The notes under the pieces: model-generated
What the model saw: only the letters and a program-made list of their open reading frames with translations
What the model was told of the DNA's origin: nothing
The model's database searches: none
IMG/VR virus record: IMGVR_UViG_2534681675_000013
Coordinates: 1-39,954 of that record
Length of the DNA stretch: 39,954 bases
Source: a virus
Lineage: Duplodnaviria > Heunggongvirae > Uroviricota > Caudoviricetes
Strand: one strand, 5' to 3'
In this document: positions 8,951 to 18,837 of the stretch, one piece after another
Layout of the letters: the number at the start of each line of letters is the position of its first letter
Position numbering within the stretch: position 1 is the stretch's first letter
Program-made: the position numbers and the translations under genes

Positions 8951-10543
8951 ATGAGTCAGAAATACCTCATTCGCATTGCAGAACTGGAAAGCCAGCTCCG
9001 TCAGAAAGACCAGCAACTGAGTCTGGTTGAAGAGACGGAGGCCTTCCTGCGCTCTGCACTGGCACGTGCCGAAGAAAAGATCGAAGAAGATGAACGGGAA
9101 ATAGAACATCTGCGGGCTCAGATAGAAAAACTGCGCCGGATGCTGTTCGGTACCCGTTCTGAAAAACTGCGTCGTGAAGTTGAACAGGCTGAGGCCCTGC
9201 TGAAACAACGCGAACAGGACAGCGATCGTTACAGTGGGCGGGAAGACGATCCACAGGTTCCCCGCCAGTTGCGACAGTCGCGCCATCGTCGTCCGTTACC
9301 GGCACACCTTCCCCGTGAAATACACCGTCTGGAGTCTGAAGAAAGTTGTTGCCCGGAATGTGGCGGCGAGCTGGATTATCTGGGGGAAGTCAGTACTGAG
9401 CAGCTGGAACTGGTGAGCAGCGCCCTGAAAGTGATCCGCACAGAACGGGTAAAAAAAGCCTGTACAAAATGTGACTGCATCATTGAAGCACCGGCGCCGT
9501 CCCGCCCGATAGAGCGTGGTATCGCGGGCCCCGGATTACTTGCCCGCGTGTTAACGGGAAAATACTGCGAACACCTGCCACTGTATCGTCAGAGTGAAAT
9601 CTTTGCCCGACAGGGTGTCGAACTGAGCCGTGCATTACTCTCCAACTGGGTTGACGCGTGCTGCCAGTTAATGATGCCGCTGAATGATGCCCTGTACCGT
9701 TATGTGATGAATACCCGCAAGCTTCACACTGACGACACACCGGTAAAGGTACTGGCACCGGGCTTGAAAAAGACGAAAACAGGGCGCATCTGGACGTATG
9801 TCCGGGATGATCGCAATGCGGGTTCGTCATCTCCTCCGGCGGTCTGGTTCGCGTACTCACCGAACCGGCAGGGGAAACACCCGGAGCAACACCTCCGCCC
9901 CTTCCGGGGTATCCTGCAGGCGGATGCGTTCACAGGTTATGACAGGCTGTTCAGTGCAGAACGTGAAGGTGGTGCGCTGACAGAAGTTGCGTGCTGGGCC
10001 CATGCCCGGAGAAAAATCCACGATGTATACATCAGCAGCAAAAGTGCGACGGCAGAAGAAGCCCTGAAGCGAATCAGTGAACTGTACGCCATCGAGGATG
10101 AAATACGGGGATTACCAGAGTCAGAGCGTCTTGCAGTCAGACAGCAGCGAAGCAAAGCGTTACTGACGTCGCTGCATGAATGGATGGTGGAGAAGAATGG
10201 CACGCTGTCGAAAAAATCCAGACTGGGCGAAGCGTTCAGCTATGTACTGAATCAGTGGGACGCCCTCTGTTATTACAGTGATGACGGACTGGCGGAGACG
10301 GACAATAACACAGCGGAAAGAGCGCTTCGTGCAGTCTGTCTTGGAAAGAAAAATTACGTGTTCTTCGGTAGCGATCACGGTGGCGAGCGTGGTGCACTGC
10401 TATACGGGCTGATCGGCACCTGCCGTCTGAACGGTATCGATCCGGAAGCGTATCTGCGCCATATTCTGAGCGTACTGCCGGAATGGCCCTCCAACCGTGT
10501 TGACGAACTCCTGCCATGGAACGTGGTTCTCACCAATAAATAA
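8951..10543 (+). CDS. tnpC: IS66 transposase TnpC
   Basis: 530 aa; cysteine cluster CPECGGEL...CTKCDC and a long conserved core typical of IS66 transposases. Confidence 0.9.
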   Translation: MSQKYLIRIAELESQLRQKDQQLSLVEETEAFLRSALARAEEKIEEDEREIEHLRAQIEKLRRMLFGTRSEKLRREVEQAEALLKQREQDSDRYSGREDDPQVPRQLRQSRHRRPLPAHLPREIHRLESEESCCPECGGELDYLGEVSTEQLELVSSALKVIRTERVKKACTKCDCIIEAPAPSRPIERGIAGPGLLARVLTGKYCEHLPLYRQSEIFARQGVELSRALLSNWVDACCQLMMPLNDALYRYVMNTRKLHTDDTPVKVLAPGLKKTKTGRIWTYVRDDRNAGSSSPPAVWFAYSPNRQGKHPEQHLRPFRGILQADAFTGYDRLFSAEREGGALTEVACWAHARRKIHDVYISSKSATAEEALKRISELYAIEDEIRGLPESERLAVRQQRSKALLTSLHEWMVEKNGTLSKKSRLGEAFSYVLNQWDALCYYSDDGLAETDNNTAERALRAVCLGKKNYVFFGSDHGGERGALLYGLIGTCRLNGIDPEAYLRHILSVLPEWPSNRVDELLPWNVVLTNK

Positions 10544-10573
10544 GCGTCAATACGGTGCTCCGTTGACGCTTAC

Positions 10574-10581
10574 GATTGGGA
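10574..10581. repeat. Right copy of 8-bp target-site duplication GATTGGGA
   Basis: Exact repeat of 8062-8069 directly after the IS right end. Confidence 0.7.
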
Positions 10582-10689
10582 AGGTGATCGAGAGATCTGA
10601 ATTGCGATGTTTAGTGAGTTGTATCTATTAATTTTCAAATAAATACAATTGGTTATGTGTTCTTGGGTGAGGGGGATCGTGAGGCAAAG

Positions 10690-10715
10690 AAAACCCGGCT
10701 CTGTGGCCGGGGTAT
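10690..10715 (-). terminator. Rho-independent terminator of the leftward cI operon
   Basis: Minus-strand hairpin CCCGGCCACAGAGCCGGG followed by a T-rich run, directly downstream of the gene at 10720-11562; the flanking sequence resembles the lambda region downstream of rexB. Confidence 0.6.
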
Positions 10716-10719
10716 GCAT

Positions 10720-11562
10720 TTATGGTTTTTTTTGGTCGTGCTTTGCTAGGGCTTTATGAGTTTTCTTAATGCTGCTTCTAACTTTCTGAATTTTTTCTTG
10801 GGAAAGTTTTATGTTTTCAGGGGCTGTTCCAGTGTTAGAAATCATTACATTGCGAACAGATCTCCCTACGGTCTCAGCAGCATTCTCTAGTTGAGACTGT
10901 CCCTTCAGGTTCTGGTTTCTGATTCTTGCTTCTGTCTGTGTAATTCTGAATATATTGGCCGCGAGCTCTTCGCTTCCCATGAAGTCAAGCATCGTTCCAT
11001 CTTTTTTAGTTAGGCCTTTTCGAGCTTTCAACTGTGAGAGATTCATATTGTACATCCCACGGTAGCCCGCATTTTGAAATAGACCATAGTCGACTACTCC
11101 GTGTTTATGGGCTACATGACTGAGAGTTTTCTCTCTAGATGTAATCTCGCCACGCAAATAAACTCGATTAACTGCGTCATGGTTATGATATGTAGTGTGT
11201 ATTTCTGCTGCGAGCCCAGCAAAATAAGCTTGTGCATTTGCAACTTTTTGATTGCTGATGTCACCATTCATTACAATCAGATAACAAGCGAAACGAGTTA
11301 ATTTAAAGTCATTTTTCGCATTTTCTGAAGGCATCTGGATGAAGTTATCGTATACAGGGATATCGAGGCTCACACATACAGATGTAGCTTTGTTGATGGC
11401 TTTCAATATCTGATCCATGCCATTATATCCAAGCATCATCGCTAAATCAGATGCAAACCAATAGGTAACACCGTTTTCTCTAGCGAAATCATCAAATGTT
11501 AACTGTGATGTGTCATCGAAAACAGTAATTTGCCTACTCATATCACACCCGAACTTACTCAT
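10720..11562 (-). CDS. DinD/RhuM-like protein with Bro-N-like N-terminus, in the lambda rexAB slot
   Basis: 280 aa; N-terminal YWFASDLAMMLGY fits the Bro-N pattern; central and C-terminal regions (GLFQNAGYRGMYN, SEELAANIFRITQTE) resemble DinD-family proteins as I recall them. Family call is from memory. Confidence 0.6.
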   Translation of the reverse strand: MSKFGCDMSRQITVFDDTSQLTFDDFARENGVTYWFASDLAMMLGYNGMDQILKAINKATSVCVSLDIPVYDNFIQMPSENAKNDFKLTRFACYLIVMNGDISNQKVANAQAYFAGLAAEIHTTYHNHDAVNRVYLRGEITSREKTLSHVAHKHGVVDYGLFQNAGYRGMYNMNLSQLKARKGLTKKDGTMLDFMGSEELAANIFRITQTEARIRNQNLKGQSQLENAAETVGRSVRNVMISNTGTAPENIKLSQEKIQKVRSSIKKTHKALAKHDQKKP

Positions 11563-11642
11563 CGATTTTCCCTTATATTAATATAATGTGGATAGTTTGT
11601 CGCCAACTCGCTAAAGTTATTCATTATGAGGTTTGCCATCCA

Positions 11643-12359
<717 letters not shown>

Positions 12360-12366
12360 TTAAATC

Positions 12367-12430
12367 TATCACCGCAAGGGATAAATATCTAACACCGTGC
12401 GTGTTGACTGTTTTACCTCTAGCGGTGATA
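12367..12430. promoter_or_regulatory. oR3-oR2-oR1 with divergent pRM and pR
   Basis: TATCACCGCAAGGGATA (oR3), TAACACCGTGCGTGTTG (oR2), TACCTCTAGCGGTGATA (oR1-like) plus TTGACT and GATAAT pR hexamers upstream of cro. Confidence 0.9.
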
Positions 12431-12447
12431 ATAGTTGCATGTACTAA

Positions 12448-12657
<210 letters not shown>

Positions 12658-12664
12658 ATAACCC

Positions 12665-12697
12665 CGCTCTTACACATCCCAGCCCTGAAAAAGGGCA
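12665..12697 (+). promoter_or_regulatory. nutR (boxA and boxB)
   Basis: CGCTCTTA followed by the hairpin AGCCCTGAAAAAGGGCA between cro and cII. Confidence 0.7.
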
Positions 12698-12775
12698 TCA
12701 AATTAAACCACACCTATGGTGTATGCATTTATTTGCATACATTCAATCAATTGTTATCTAAGGAAATACTTACAT

Positions 12776-13069
12776 ATGGTTCGTGCAAACAAACGCAACG
12801 AGGCTCTACGAATCGAGAGTGCGTTGCTTAACAAAATCGCAATGCTTGGAACTGAGAAGACAGCGGAAGCTGTGGGAGTTGATAAGTCGCAGATCAGCAG
12901 GTGGAAGAGGGATTGGATTCCAAAGTTCTCAATGCTGCTTGCTGTTCTTGAATGGGGCGTCGTTGACGACGATATGGCTCGATTGGCGCGACAAGTTGCT
13001 GCGATTCTCACCAATAAAAAACGCCCGGCGGCAACCGAGCGTTCTGAACAAATCCAGATGGAGTTCTGA
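12776..13069 (+). CDS. cII: Transcriptional activator CII
   Basis: Internal start MVRANKRNEALRIESALLNKIAMLGTEKTAEAVGVDKSQISRWKRDWIPKF..., matching lambda CII (97 aa). Confidence 0.95.
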   Translation: MVRANKRNEALRIESALLNKIAMLGTEKTAEAVGVDKSQISRWKRDWIPKFSMLLAVLEWGVVDDDMARLARQVAAILTNKKRPAATERSEQIQMEF

Positions 13070-13091
13070 GGTCATTACTGGAACTATCAAC
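13013..13091 (-). ncRNA. oop: oop antisense RNA
   Basis: Minus-strand sequence ending in a GC-rich hairpin plus U-run overlaps the cII 3' end, matching the lambda oop region as recalled; ends approximate. Confidence 0.55.
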
Positions 13092-13101
13092 AGGAGTCAT
13101 T

Positions 13102-14001
13102 ATGACAAATACAGCAAAAATACTCAACTTCGGCAGAGGTAACTTTGCCGGACAGGAGCGTAATGTGGCAGATCTCGATGATGGTTACGCCAGACTATCA
13201 AATATGCTGCTTGAGGCTTATTCGGGCGCAGATCTGACCAAGCGACAGTTTAAAGTGCTGCTTGCCATTCTGCGTAAAACCTATGGGTGGAATAAACCAA
13301 TGGACAGAATCACCGATTCTCAACTTAGCGAGATTACAAAGTTACCTGTCAAACGGTGCAATGAAGCCAAGTTAGAACTCGTCAGAATGAATATTATCAA
13401 GCAGCAAGGCGGCATGTTTGGACCAAATAAAAACATCTCAGAATGGTGTATCCCTCAAAACGAGGGAAAATCCCCTAAAACGAGGGATAAAACATCCCTC
13501 AAATTGGGGGATTGCTATCCCTCAAAACAGGGGGACACAAAAGACACTATTACAAAAGAAAAAAGAAAAGATTATTCGTCCGAGAATTCTGGCGAATCCT
13601 CTGACCAGCCAGAAAACGATCTTTCTGTGGTTAAACCGGATGCTGCAATTCAGAGCGGCAGCAAGTGGGGAACAGCAGAAGACCTGACCGCCGCAGAGTG
13701 GATGTTTGACATGGTGAAGACCATCGCGCCATCAGCCAGAAAACCGAATTTTGCTGGGTGGGCTAACGATATCCGCCTGATGCGTGAACGTGACGGACGT
13801 AACCACCGCGATATGTGTGTGCTTTTCCGCTGGGCCTGCCAGGACAACTTCTGGTCCGGTAACGTGCTGAGTCCGGCCAAACTCCGCGACAAGTGGACCC
13901 AGCTCGAAATCAACCGTAACAAGCAACAGGCAGGCGTGACAGCCAGCAAACCAAAACTCGACCTGACAAACACTGACTGGATTTACGGGGTGGATTTATG
14001 A
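13102..14001 (+). CDS. O: Replication initiator O
   Basis: 299 aa matching lambda O as recalled; contains the ori iterons internally. Confidence 0.95.
   Translation: MTNTAKILNFGRGNFAGQERNVADLDDGYARLSNMLLEAYSGADLTKRQFKVLLAILRKTYGWNKPMDRITDSQLSEITKLPVKRCNEAKLELVRMNIIKQQGGMFGPNKNISEWCIPQNEGKSPKTRDKTSLKLGDCYPSKQGDTKDTITKEKRKDYSSENSGESSDQPENDLSVVKPDAAIQSGSKWGTAEDLTAAEWMFDMVKTIAPSARKPNFAGWANDIRLMRERDGRNHRDMCVLFRWACQDNFWSGNVLSPAKLRDKWTQLEINRNKQQAGVTASKPKLDLTNTDWIYGVDL
13450..13533 (+). repeat. ori-lambda iterons (four about 19-bp repeats) followed by AT-rich region
   Basis: Four tandem copies of ATCCCTCAAAACGAGGGA-like units inside O, followed by an A/T-rich stretch. Confidence 0.8.
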
Positions 14002-14699
14002 AAAACATCGCCGCACAGATGGTTAACTTTGACCGTGAGCAGATGCGTCGGATCGCCAACAACATGCCGGAACAGTACGACGAAAAGCCGCAGGTACAAC
14101 AGGTAGCGCAGATCATCAATGGTGTGTTCAGCCAGTTACTGGCAACTTTCCCGGCGAGCCTAGCTAACCGGGACCAGAACGAACTGAACGAAATCCGCCG
14201 CCAGTGGGTGCTGGCTTTCCGGGAAAACGGGATCACCACAATGGAACAGGTTAACGCAGGAATGCGCGTAGCCCGTCGGCAGAATCGACCATTTCTGCCA
14301 TCACCCGGGCAGTTTGTTGCATGGTGCCGGGAAGAAGCATCCGTTATCGCCGGACTGCCAAACGTCAGCGAGCTGGTTGATATGGTTTACGAGTATTGCC
14401 GGAAGCGAGGCCTGTATCCGGATGCGGAGTCTTATCCGTGGAAATCAAACGCGCACTACTGGCTGGTTACCAACCTGTATCAGAACATGCGGGCCAATGC
14501 GCTTACTGATGCGGAATTACGCCGTAAGGCCGCAGATGAGCTTGTCCATATGACTGCGAGAATTAACCGTGGTGAGGCGATCCCTGAACCAGTAAAACAA
14601 CTTCCTGTCATGGGCGGTAGACCTCTAAATCGTGCACAGGCTCTGGCGAAGATCGCAGAAATCAAAGCTAAGTTCGGACTGAAAGGAGCAAGTGTATGA
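13998..14699 (+). CDS. P: Replication protein P (helicase loader)
   Basis: 233 aa matching lambda P as recalled; ATGA-coupled to O. Confidence 0.95.
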   Translation: MKNIAAQMVNFDREQMRRIANNMPEQYDEKPQVQQVAQIINGVFSQLLATFPASLANRDQNELNEIRRQWVLAFRENGITTMEQVNAGMRVARRQNRPFLPSPGQFVAWCREEASVIAGLPNVSELVDMVYEYCRKRGLYPDAESYPWKSNAHYWLVTNLYQNMRANALTDAELRRKAADELVHMTARINRGEAIPEPVKQLPVMGGRPLNRAQALAKIAEIKAKFGLKGASV

Positions 14700-14986
14700 C
14701 GGGCAAAGAGGCAATTATTCATTACCTGGGGACGCATAATAGCTTCTGTGCGCCGGACGTTGCCGCGCTAACAGGCGCAACAGTAACCAGCATAAATCAG
14801 GCCGCGGCTAAAATGGCACGGGCAGGTCTTCTGGTTATCGAAGGTAAGGTCTGGCGAACGGTGTATTACCGGTTTGCTACCAGGGAAGAACGGGAAGGAA
14901 AGATGAGCACGAACCTGATTTTTAAGGAGTGTCGCCAGAGTGCCGCGATGAAACGGGTATTGGCGGTATATGGAGTTAAAAGATGA
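14696..14986 (+). CDS. ren: Ren
   Basis: 96 aa MTGKEAIIHYLGTHNSFCAPDVAALTG..., matching lambda Ren. Confidence 0.9.
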   Translation: MTGKEAIIHYLGTHNSFCAPDVAALTGATVTSINQAAAKMARAGLLVIEGKVWRTVYYRFATREEREGKMSTNLIFKECRQSAAMKRVLAVYGVKR

Positions 14987-15059
14987 CCATCTACATCACT
15001 GAGCTAATAACAGGCCTGCTGGTAATCGCAGGCCTTTTTATTTGGGGGAGAGGGAAGTC

Positions 15060-15500
15060 ATGAAAAAACTAACCTTTGAAATTCGATCTCCAGCACATCA
15101 GCAAAACGCTATTCACGCAGTACAGCAAATCCTTCCAGACCCAACCAAACCAATCGTAGTAACCATTCAGGAACGCAACCGCAGCTTAGACCAAAACAGG
15201 AAGCTATGGGCCTGCTTAGGTGACGTCTCTCGTCAGGTTGAATGGCATGGTCGCTGGCTGGATGCAGAAAGCTGGAAGTGTGTGTTTACCGCAGCATTAA
15301 AGCAGCAGGATGTTGTTCCTAACCTTGCCGGGAATGGCTTTGTGGTAATAGGCCAGTCAACCAGCAGGATGCGTGTAGGCGAATTTGCGGAGCTATTAGA
15401 GCTTATACAGGCATTCGGTACAGAGCGTGGCGTTAAGTGGTCAGACGAAGCGAGACTGGCTCTGGAGTGGAAAGCGAGATGGGGAGATCGGGCTGCATGA
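15060..15500 (+). CDS. ninB: NinB
   Basis: Internal start MKKLTFEIRSPAHQQNAIHAVQQILPD... preceded by GGGAGAGGGAAG; matches lambda NinB (146 aa). Confidence 0.9.
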   Translation: MKKLTFEIRSPAHQQNAIHAVQQILPDPTKPIVVTIQERNRSLDQNRKLWACLGDVSRQVEWHGRWLDAESWKCVFTAALKQQDVVPNLAGNGFVVIGQSTSRMRVGEFAELLELIQAFGTERGVKWSDEARLALEWKARWGDRAA

Positions 15501-16024
15501 CTATCAAATCAAATACGCCAGCACACGACAAGGACTGCTGGCAAACGCCGCTTTGGCTTTTTGATGCACTGGATATTGAGTTTGGATTCTGGCTGGATTC
15601 AGCTGCGAGCGACAAAAACGCTCTGTGCGCTCACTGGCTAACTGAGGTCGACGACGCGCTCAATTCTGAGTGGGTAAGCCACGGTGCAATCTGGAATAAC
15701 CCACCGTACAGCAATATCAGGCCGTGGGTGGAAAAAGCCGCTGAGCAGTGCATACAACAGCGACAGACGGTAGTGATGCTTGTGCCAGAGGATATGTCAG
15801 TCGGATGGTTCAGCAAGGCTCTGGAGAGTGTTGACGAAGTTCGCATCATCACTGATGGACGGATTAATTTTATCGAACCATCGACAGGGCTGGAGAAGAA
15901 GGGAAACAGCAAAGGCTCCATGCTGCTGATTTGGCGACCGTTCATCAGTCCTCGACGGATGTTTACTACCGTATCCAAAGCGGCATTGATGGCGATCGGG
16001 CAGGGCATCAGGAGGGCGGCATGA
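15497..16024 (+). CDS. Phage N6-adenine DNA methyltransferase (Dam-like), in place of ninC
   Basis: Start [29 protein letters not shown]-coupled to ninB; catalytic NPPY motif visible (WNNPPYS). Confidence 0.75.
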   Translation: MTIKSNTPAHDKDCWQTPLWLFDALDIEFGFWLDSAASDKNALCAHWLTEVDDALNSEWVSHGAIWNNPPYSNIRPWVEKAAEQCIQQRQTVVMLVPEDMSVGWFSKALESVDEVRIITDGRINFIEPSTGLEKKGNSKGSMLLIWRPFISPRRMFTTVSKAALMAIGQGIRRAA

Positions 16025-16197
16025 GGCGACAGCGACGAAGTATCACCGACATCATCTGCGAAAACTGCAAATACCTTCCAACGAAACGCTCCAGAAATAA
16101 ACCCAAGCCAATCCCAAAAGAATCTGACGTAAAAACCTTCAACTACACGGCTCACCTGTGGGATATCCGGTGGCTAAGACATCGTGCGAGGAAATGA
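16021..16197 (+). CDS. ninE: NinE
   Basis: Internal start [58 protein letters not shown], matching lambda NinE; ATGA-coupled to the methyltransferase. Confidence 0.7.
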   Translation: MRRQRRSITDIICENCKYLPTKRSRNKPKPIPKESDVKTFNYTAHLWDIRWLRHRARK

Positions 16198-16559
16198 CAA
16201 TGGATTATTCACAGTTAAGTGATTTTGAAATTAACAAGCGAGTGGCAATTTGCTGTGGATTTGCTCCCGAAGATTGCGAAATCGCAAAGTTGGGAACATC
16301 AATCGTTGGTGTTGAGTGGGATGACGAAACTGGTTATGCAATAAAAACGGTTGATTACTGTAAAAGCCCATCAGACGCAGAGCCGATTATCGTAGAGAAC
16401 AGAATTGGCATTATTCCAGCGCCAGAAAATGGATTATGGAAGGCAGCGCATAGAAAAGTTGGCAGTGATAGTACCCCATATCATATGACTCAAGATGAAA
16501 ACCCACTCCGCGCTGCCATGATTGTCTTTCTCATGATGCAGGACGCCAATAATGCTTAG
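16194..16559 (+). CDS. Hypothetical nin-region protein (about 121 aa)
   Basis: Start [23 protein letters not shown] overlapping ninE stop; not a lambda gene I recognise. Confidence 0.45.
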   Translation: MTMDYSQLSDFEINKRVAICCGFAPEDCEIAKLGTSIVGVEWDDETGYAIKTVDYCKSPSDAEPIIVENRIGIIPAPENGLWKAAHRKVGSDSTPYHMTQDENPLRAAMIVFLMMQDANNA

Positions 16560-16728
16560 CCCATCCCAATCCCTTCAATACCAGAAAGAAAGCGTCGAGC
16601 GGGCTTTAACGTGCGCTAACTGCGGTCAGAAGCTGCATGTGCTGGAAGTTCACGTGTGTGAGCACTGCTGCGCAGAACTGATGAGCGATCCGAATAGCTC
16701 AATGCACGAGGAAGAAGACGATGGCTAA
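16552..16728 (+). CDS. ninF: NinF
   Basis: Hand-translated 58 aa ...[46 protein letters not shown], matching lambda NinF C-terminus; below ORF-track cutoff. Confidence 0.6.
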   Translation: MLSPSQSLQYQKESVERALTCANCGQKLHVLEVHVCEHCCAELMSDPNSSMHEEEDDG

Positions 16729-17332
16729 ACCAGCGCGAAGACGATGTAAAAACGATGAATGTCGGGAATGGTTTCACCCTGCATTCGCCAATCAGTGGTG
16801 GTGCTCTCCAGAGTGTGGAACCAAGATAGCACTCGAACGACGAAGCAAAGAACGCGAAAAAGCGGAAAAGGCAGCAGAGAAGAAACGACGACGAGAGGAG
16901 CAGAAACAGAAAGATAAACTTAAGATTCGAAAACTCGCCTTAAAGCCCCGCAGTTACTGGATTAAACAAGCCCAACAAGCCGTAAACGCCTTCATCAGAG
17001 AAAGAGACCGCGACTTACCATGTATCTCGTGCGGAACGCTCACGTCTGCTCAGTGGGATGCCGGACATTACCGGACAACTGCTGCGGCACCTCAACTCCG
17101 ATTTGATGAACGCAATATTCACAAGCAATGCGTGGTGTGCAACCAGCACAAAAGCGGAAATCTCGTTCCGTATCGCGTCGAACTGATTAATCGCATCGGG
17201 CAGGAAGCAGTAGACGAAATCGAATCAAACCATAACCGCCATCGCTGGACTGTCGAAGAGTGCAGGGCCATCAAGGCGGAGTATCAGCAGAAACTCAAAG
17301 ACCTGCGAAATAGCAGAAGTGAGGCCGCATGA
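16721..17332 (+). CDS. ninG: NinG (Rap) recombination-associated protein
   Basis: 203 aa [33 protein letters not shown]..., matching lambda NinG. Confidence 0.9.
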   Translation: MAKPARRRCKNDECREWFHPAFANQWWCSPECGTKIALERRSKEREKAEKAAEKKRRREEQKQKDKLKIRKLALKPRSYWIKQAQQAVNAFIRERDRDLPCISCGTLTSAQWDAGHYRTTAAAPQLRFDERNIHKQCVVCNQHKSGNLVPYRVELINRIGQEAVDEIESNHNRHRWTVEECRAIKAEYQQKLKDLRNSRSEAA

Positions 17333-17535
17333 CGTTCTCAGTAAAAACCATTCCAGACATGCTCGTTGAAGCATACGGAAACCAGACAGAAGTAGCACGC
17401 AGACTGAAATGTAGTCGCGGTACGGTCAGAAAATACGTTGATGATAAAGACGGGAAAATGCACGCCATCGTCAACGACGTTCTCATGGTTCATCGTGGAT
17501 GGAGTGAAAGAGATGCGCTATTACGAAAAAATTGA
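17329..17535 (+). CDS. ninH: NinH
   Basis: 68 aa [37 protein letters not shown]..., matching lambda NinH. Confidence 0.85.
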   Translation: MTFSVKTIPDMLVEAYGNQTEVARRLKCSRGTVRKYVDDKDGKMHAIVNDVLMVHRGWSERDALLRKN

Positions 17536-18184
17536 TGGCAGCAAATACCGAAATATTTGGGTAGTTGGCGATCTGCACGGATGCTACACGAACCTGATGA
17601 AAAAACTGGAGACGATAGGATTCGACACCAAAAAAGACCTGCTTATCTCGGTTGGCGATTTGGTCGATCGCGGTACAGAGAACGTTGAATGCCTGGAATT
17701 AATCACATTCCCCTGGTTCATAGCTGTACGTGGAAACCATGAGCAAATGATGATTGATGGCTTATCAGAGCGTGGAAACGTCAATCACTGGCTGCTTAAT
17801 GGCGGTGGCTGGTTCTTTAATCTCGATTACGACAAAGAAATTCTGGCTAAAGCTCTTGCCCATAAAGCAGATGAACTTCCGTTAATCATCGAACTGGTGA
17901 GCAAAGATAAAAAATATATCATCTGCCACGCCGATTATCCTTGTGACGAATACGAGTTTGGAAAGCCAGTTGATCATCAGCAGGTAATCTGGAACCGCGA
18001 ACGAATCAGCAACTCACAAGACGGGATCGTGAAAGAAATCAAAGGCGCGGACATGTTCATCTTTGGTCATACGCCCGCAGTGAAACCACTCAAATTTGCC
18101 AACCAGATGTATATCGATACTGGGGCAGTGTTCTGCGGAAATCTCACATTGATTCAGGTACAGGGAGAAGGCGCATGGGCATAA
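17513..18184 (+). CDS. ninI: NinI serine/threonine protein phosphatase
   Basis: Internal start [25 protein letters not shown]; metallophosphatase motifs GDLHG, GDLVDRG and GNHE visible. Confidence 0.85.
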   Translation: MRYYEKIDGSKYRNIWVVGDLHGCYTNLMKKLETIGFDTKKDLLISVGDLVDRGTENVECLELITFPWFIAVRGNHEQMMIDGLSERGNVNHWLLNGGGWFFNLDYDKEILAKALAHKADELPLIIELVSKDKKYIICHADYPCDEYEFGKPVDHQQVIWNRERISNSQDGIVKEIKGADMFIFGHTPAVKPLKFANQMYIDTGAVFCGNLTLIQVQGEGAWA

Positions 18185-18693
18185 GAGAACTAAACCTCAC
18201 CAAAGAACAGCACGAGTGGCTGAATGGCTGGCTTGAACTGTGGGGCGCATGGGTTTATTCAGGTCGTCTGGAAAAGCGCATGAGCAGCGTAATAGCGAAG
18301 TTTATGGAGAGCGTAGAGCCGGGAAGAGTTATTACAAGGCCAATGTGCAATGATGATGATGGAATGTTGATTTCTCAGGTCGTCGATTCCGTCATGTACA
18401 TTGACAAAAAAGCTTTTGGCATCCTCCTCAGCTACTACGCTCATGGTTCATCTAAGCGAGCAATTGCATCCTACTATCACGAGACTGCAAAGCCACGCAA
18501 GATGTGTGGACGTGGTGGCGAGGGATGGAGAAAACCTTCACTGGCAACCTGTAGAAACGAAATTGACGACATCCTGAAAGCGTCATTATTTGTTTTGTAC
18601 CAACCAATGCAAAATGCTTTCAAAATGCGTAAACGTGTTGATAAAGTTAAGCATGTTGCTGTTAAAAACCTTGACATGCAATTAGCCATTTAG
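18175..18693 (+). CDS. Q: Late antiterminator Q, non-lambda type
   Basis: Position (overlaps ninI stop, directly upstream of the lysis cassette); sequence is unlike lambda Q, so the call is positional. Likely a phage 21/82-type Q. Confidence 0.55.
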   Translation: MGIRELNLTKEQHEWLNGWLELWGAWVYSGRLEKRMSSVIAKFMESVEPGRVITRPMCNDDDGMLISQVVDSVMYIDKKAFGILLSYYAHGSSKRAIASYYHETAKPRKMCGRGGEGWRKPSLATCRNEIDDILKASLFVLYQPMQNAFKMRKRVDKVKHVAVKNLDMQLAI

Positions 18694-18724
18694 CCATAAT
18701 TAGAAGGTAAGCTGCCGTTAGTGA

Positions 18725-18753
18725 ATCTTAAGTTGCAACGGTGGCTTTTTTTT
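18725..18753 (+). terminator. Candidate tR'-like terminator downstream of Q
   Basis: Short inverted repeat (CCGTT...AACGG) followed by a run of eight T just before the first tRNA-like gene. Confidence 0.3.
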
Positions 18754-18757
18754 ATTT

Positions 18758-18832
18758 GGGTTAGTCGTATAAAGGTCATTACGGAAGGCTGTTAACCTTC
18801 TTATCGTGGTTCGAGTCCACGCTGTCCCGCCA
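18758..18832 (+). tRNA. tRNA-like gene, anticodon GTT (Asn), one acceptor-stem mismatch
   Basis: Hand-folded cloverleaf: anticodon stem GAAGG/CCTTC with loop CTGTTAA, T-arm CGTGG-TTCGAGT-CCACG, 3' CCA encoded; acceptor stem GGGTTAG/CTGTCCC has one T-T mismatch. Coordinates within 1-2 nt. Confidence 0.5.
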
Positions 18833-18837
18833 AACAT

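Larger units (their letters stand above)
8070..10573 (+). mobile_element. IS66-family insertion sequence (about 2.5 kb)
   Basis: Imperfect terminal inverted repeats beginning GTAAGCGT at both ends, three-ORF tnpA/tnpB/tnpC layout, flanking 8-bp direct repeat; size and TSD length are typical of IS66. Confidence 0.85.

Noticed and set aside
8693-10517. Multiple minus-strand and alternative-frame ORFs inside the IS66 element
   Set aside because: Antisense to or nested within the well-supported tnpB/tnpC reading frames; typical GC-rich spurious ORFs.
11563-11642. LexA (SOS) box upstream of the DinD-like gene
   Set aside because: No CTGT-N8-ACAG match found by eye in the short intergenic region; only a weak sigma70-like hexamer pair.
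15631-16155. 174-aa minus-strand ORF across the methyltransferase and ninE
   Set aside because: Antisense to two well-supported, translationally coupled plus-strand genes.
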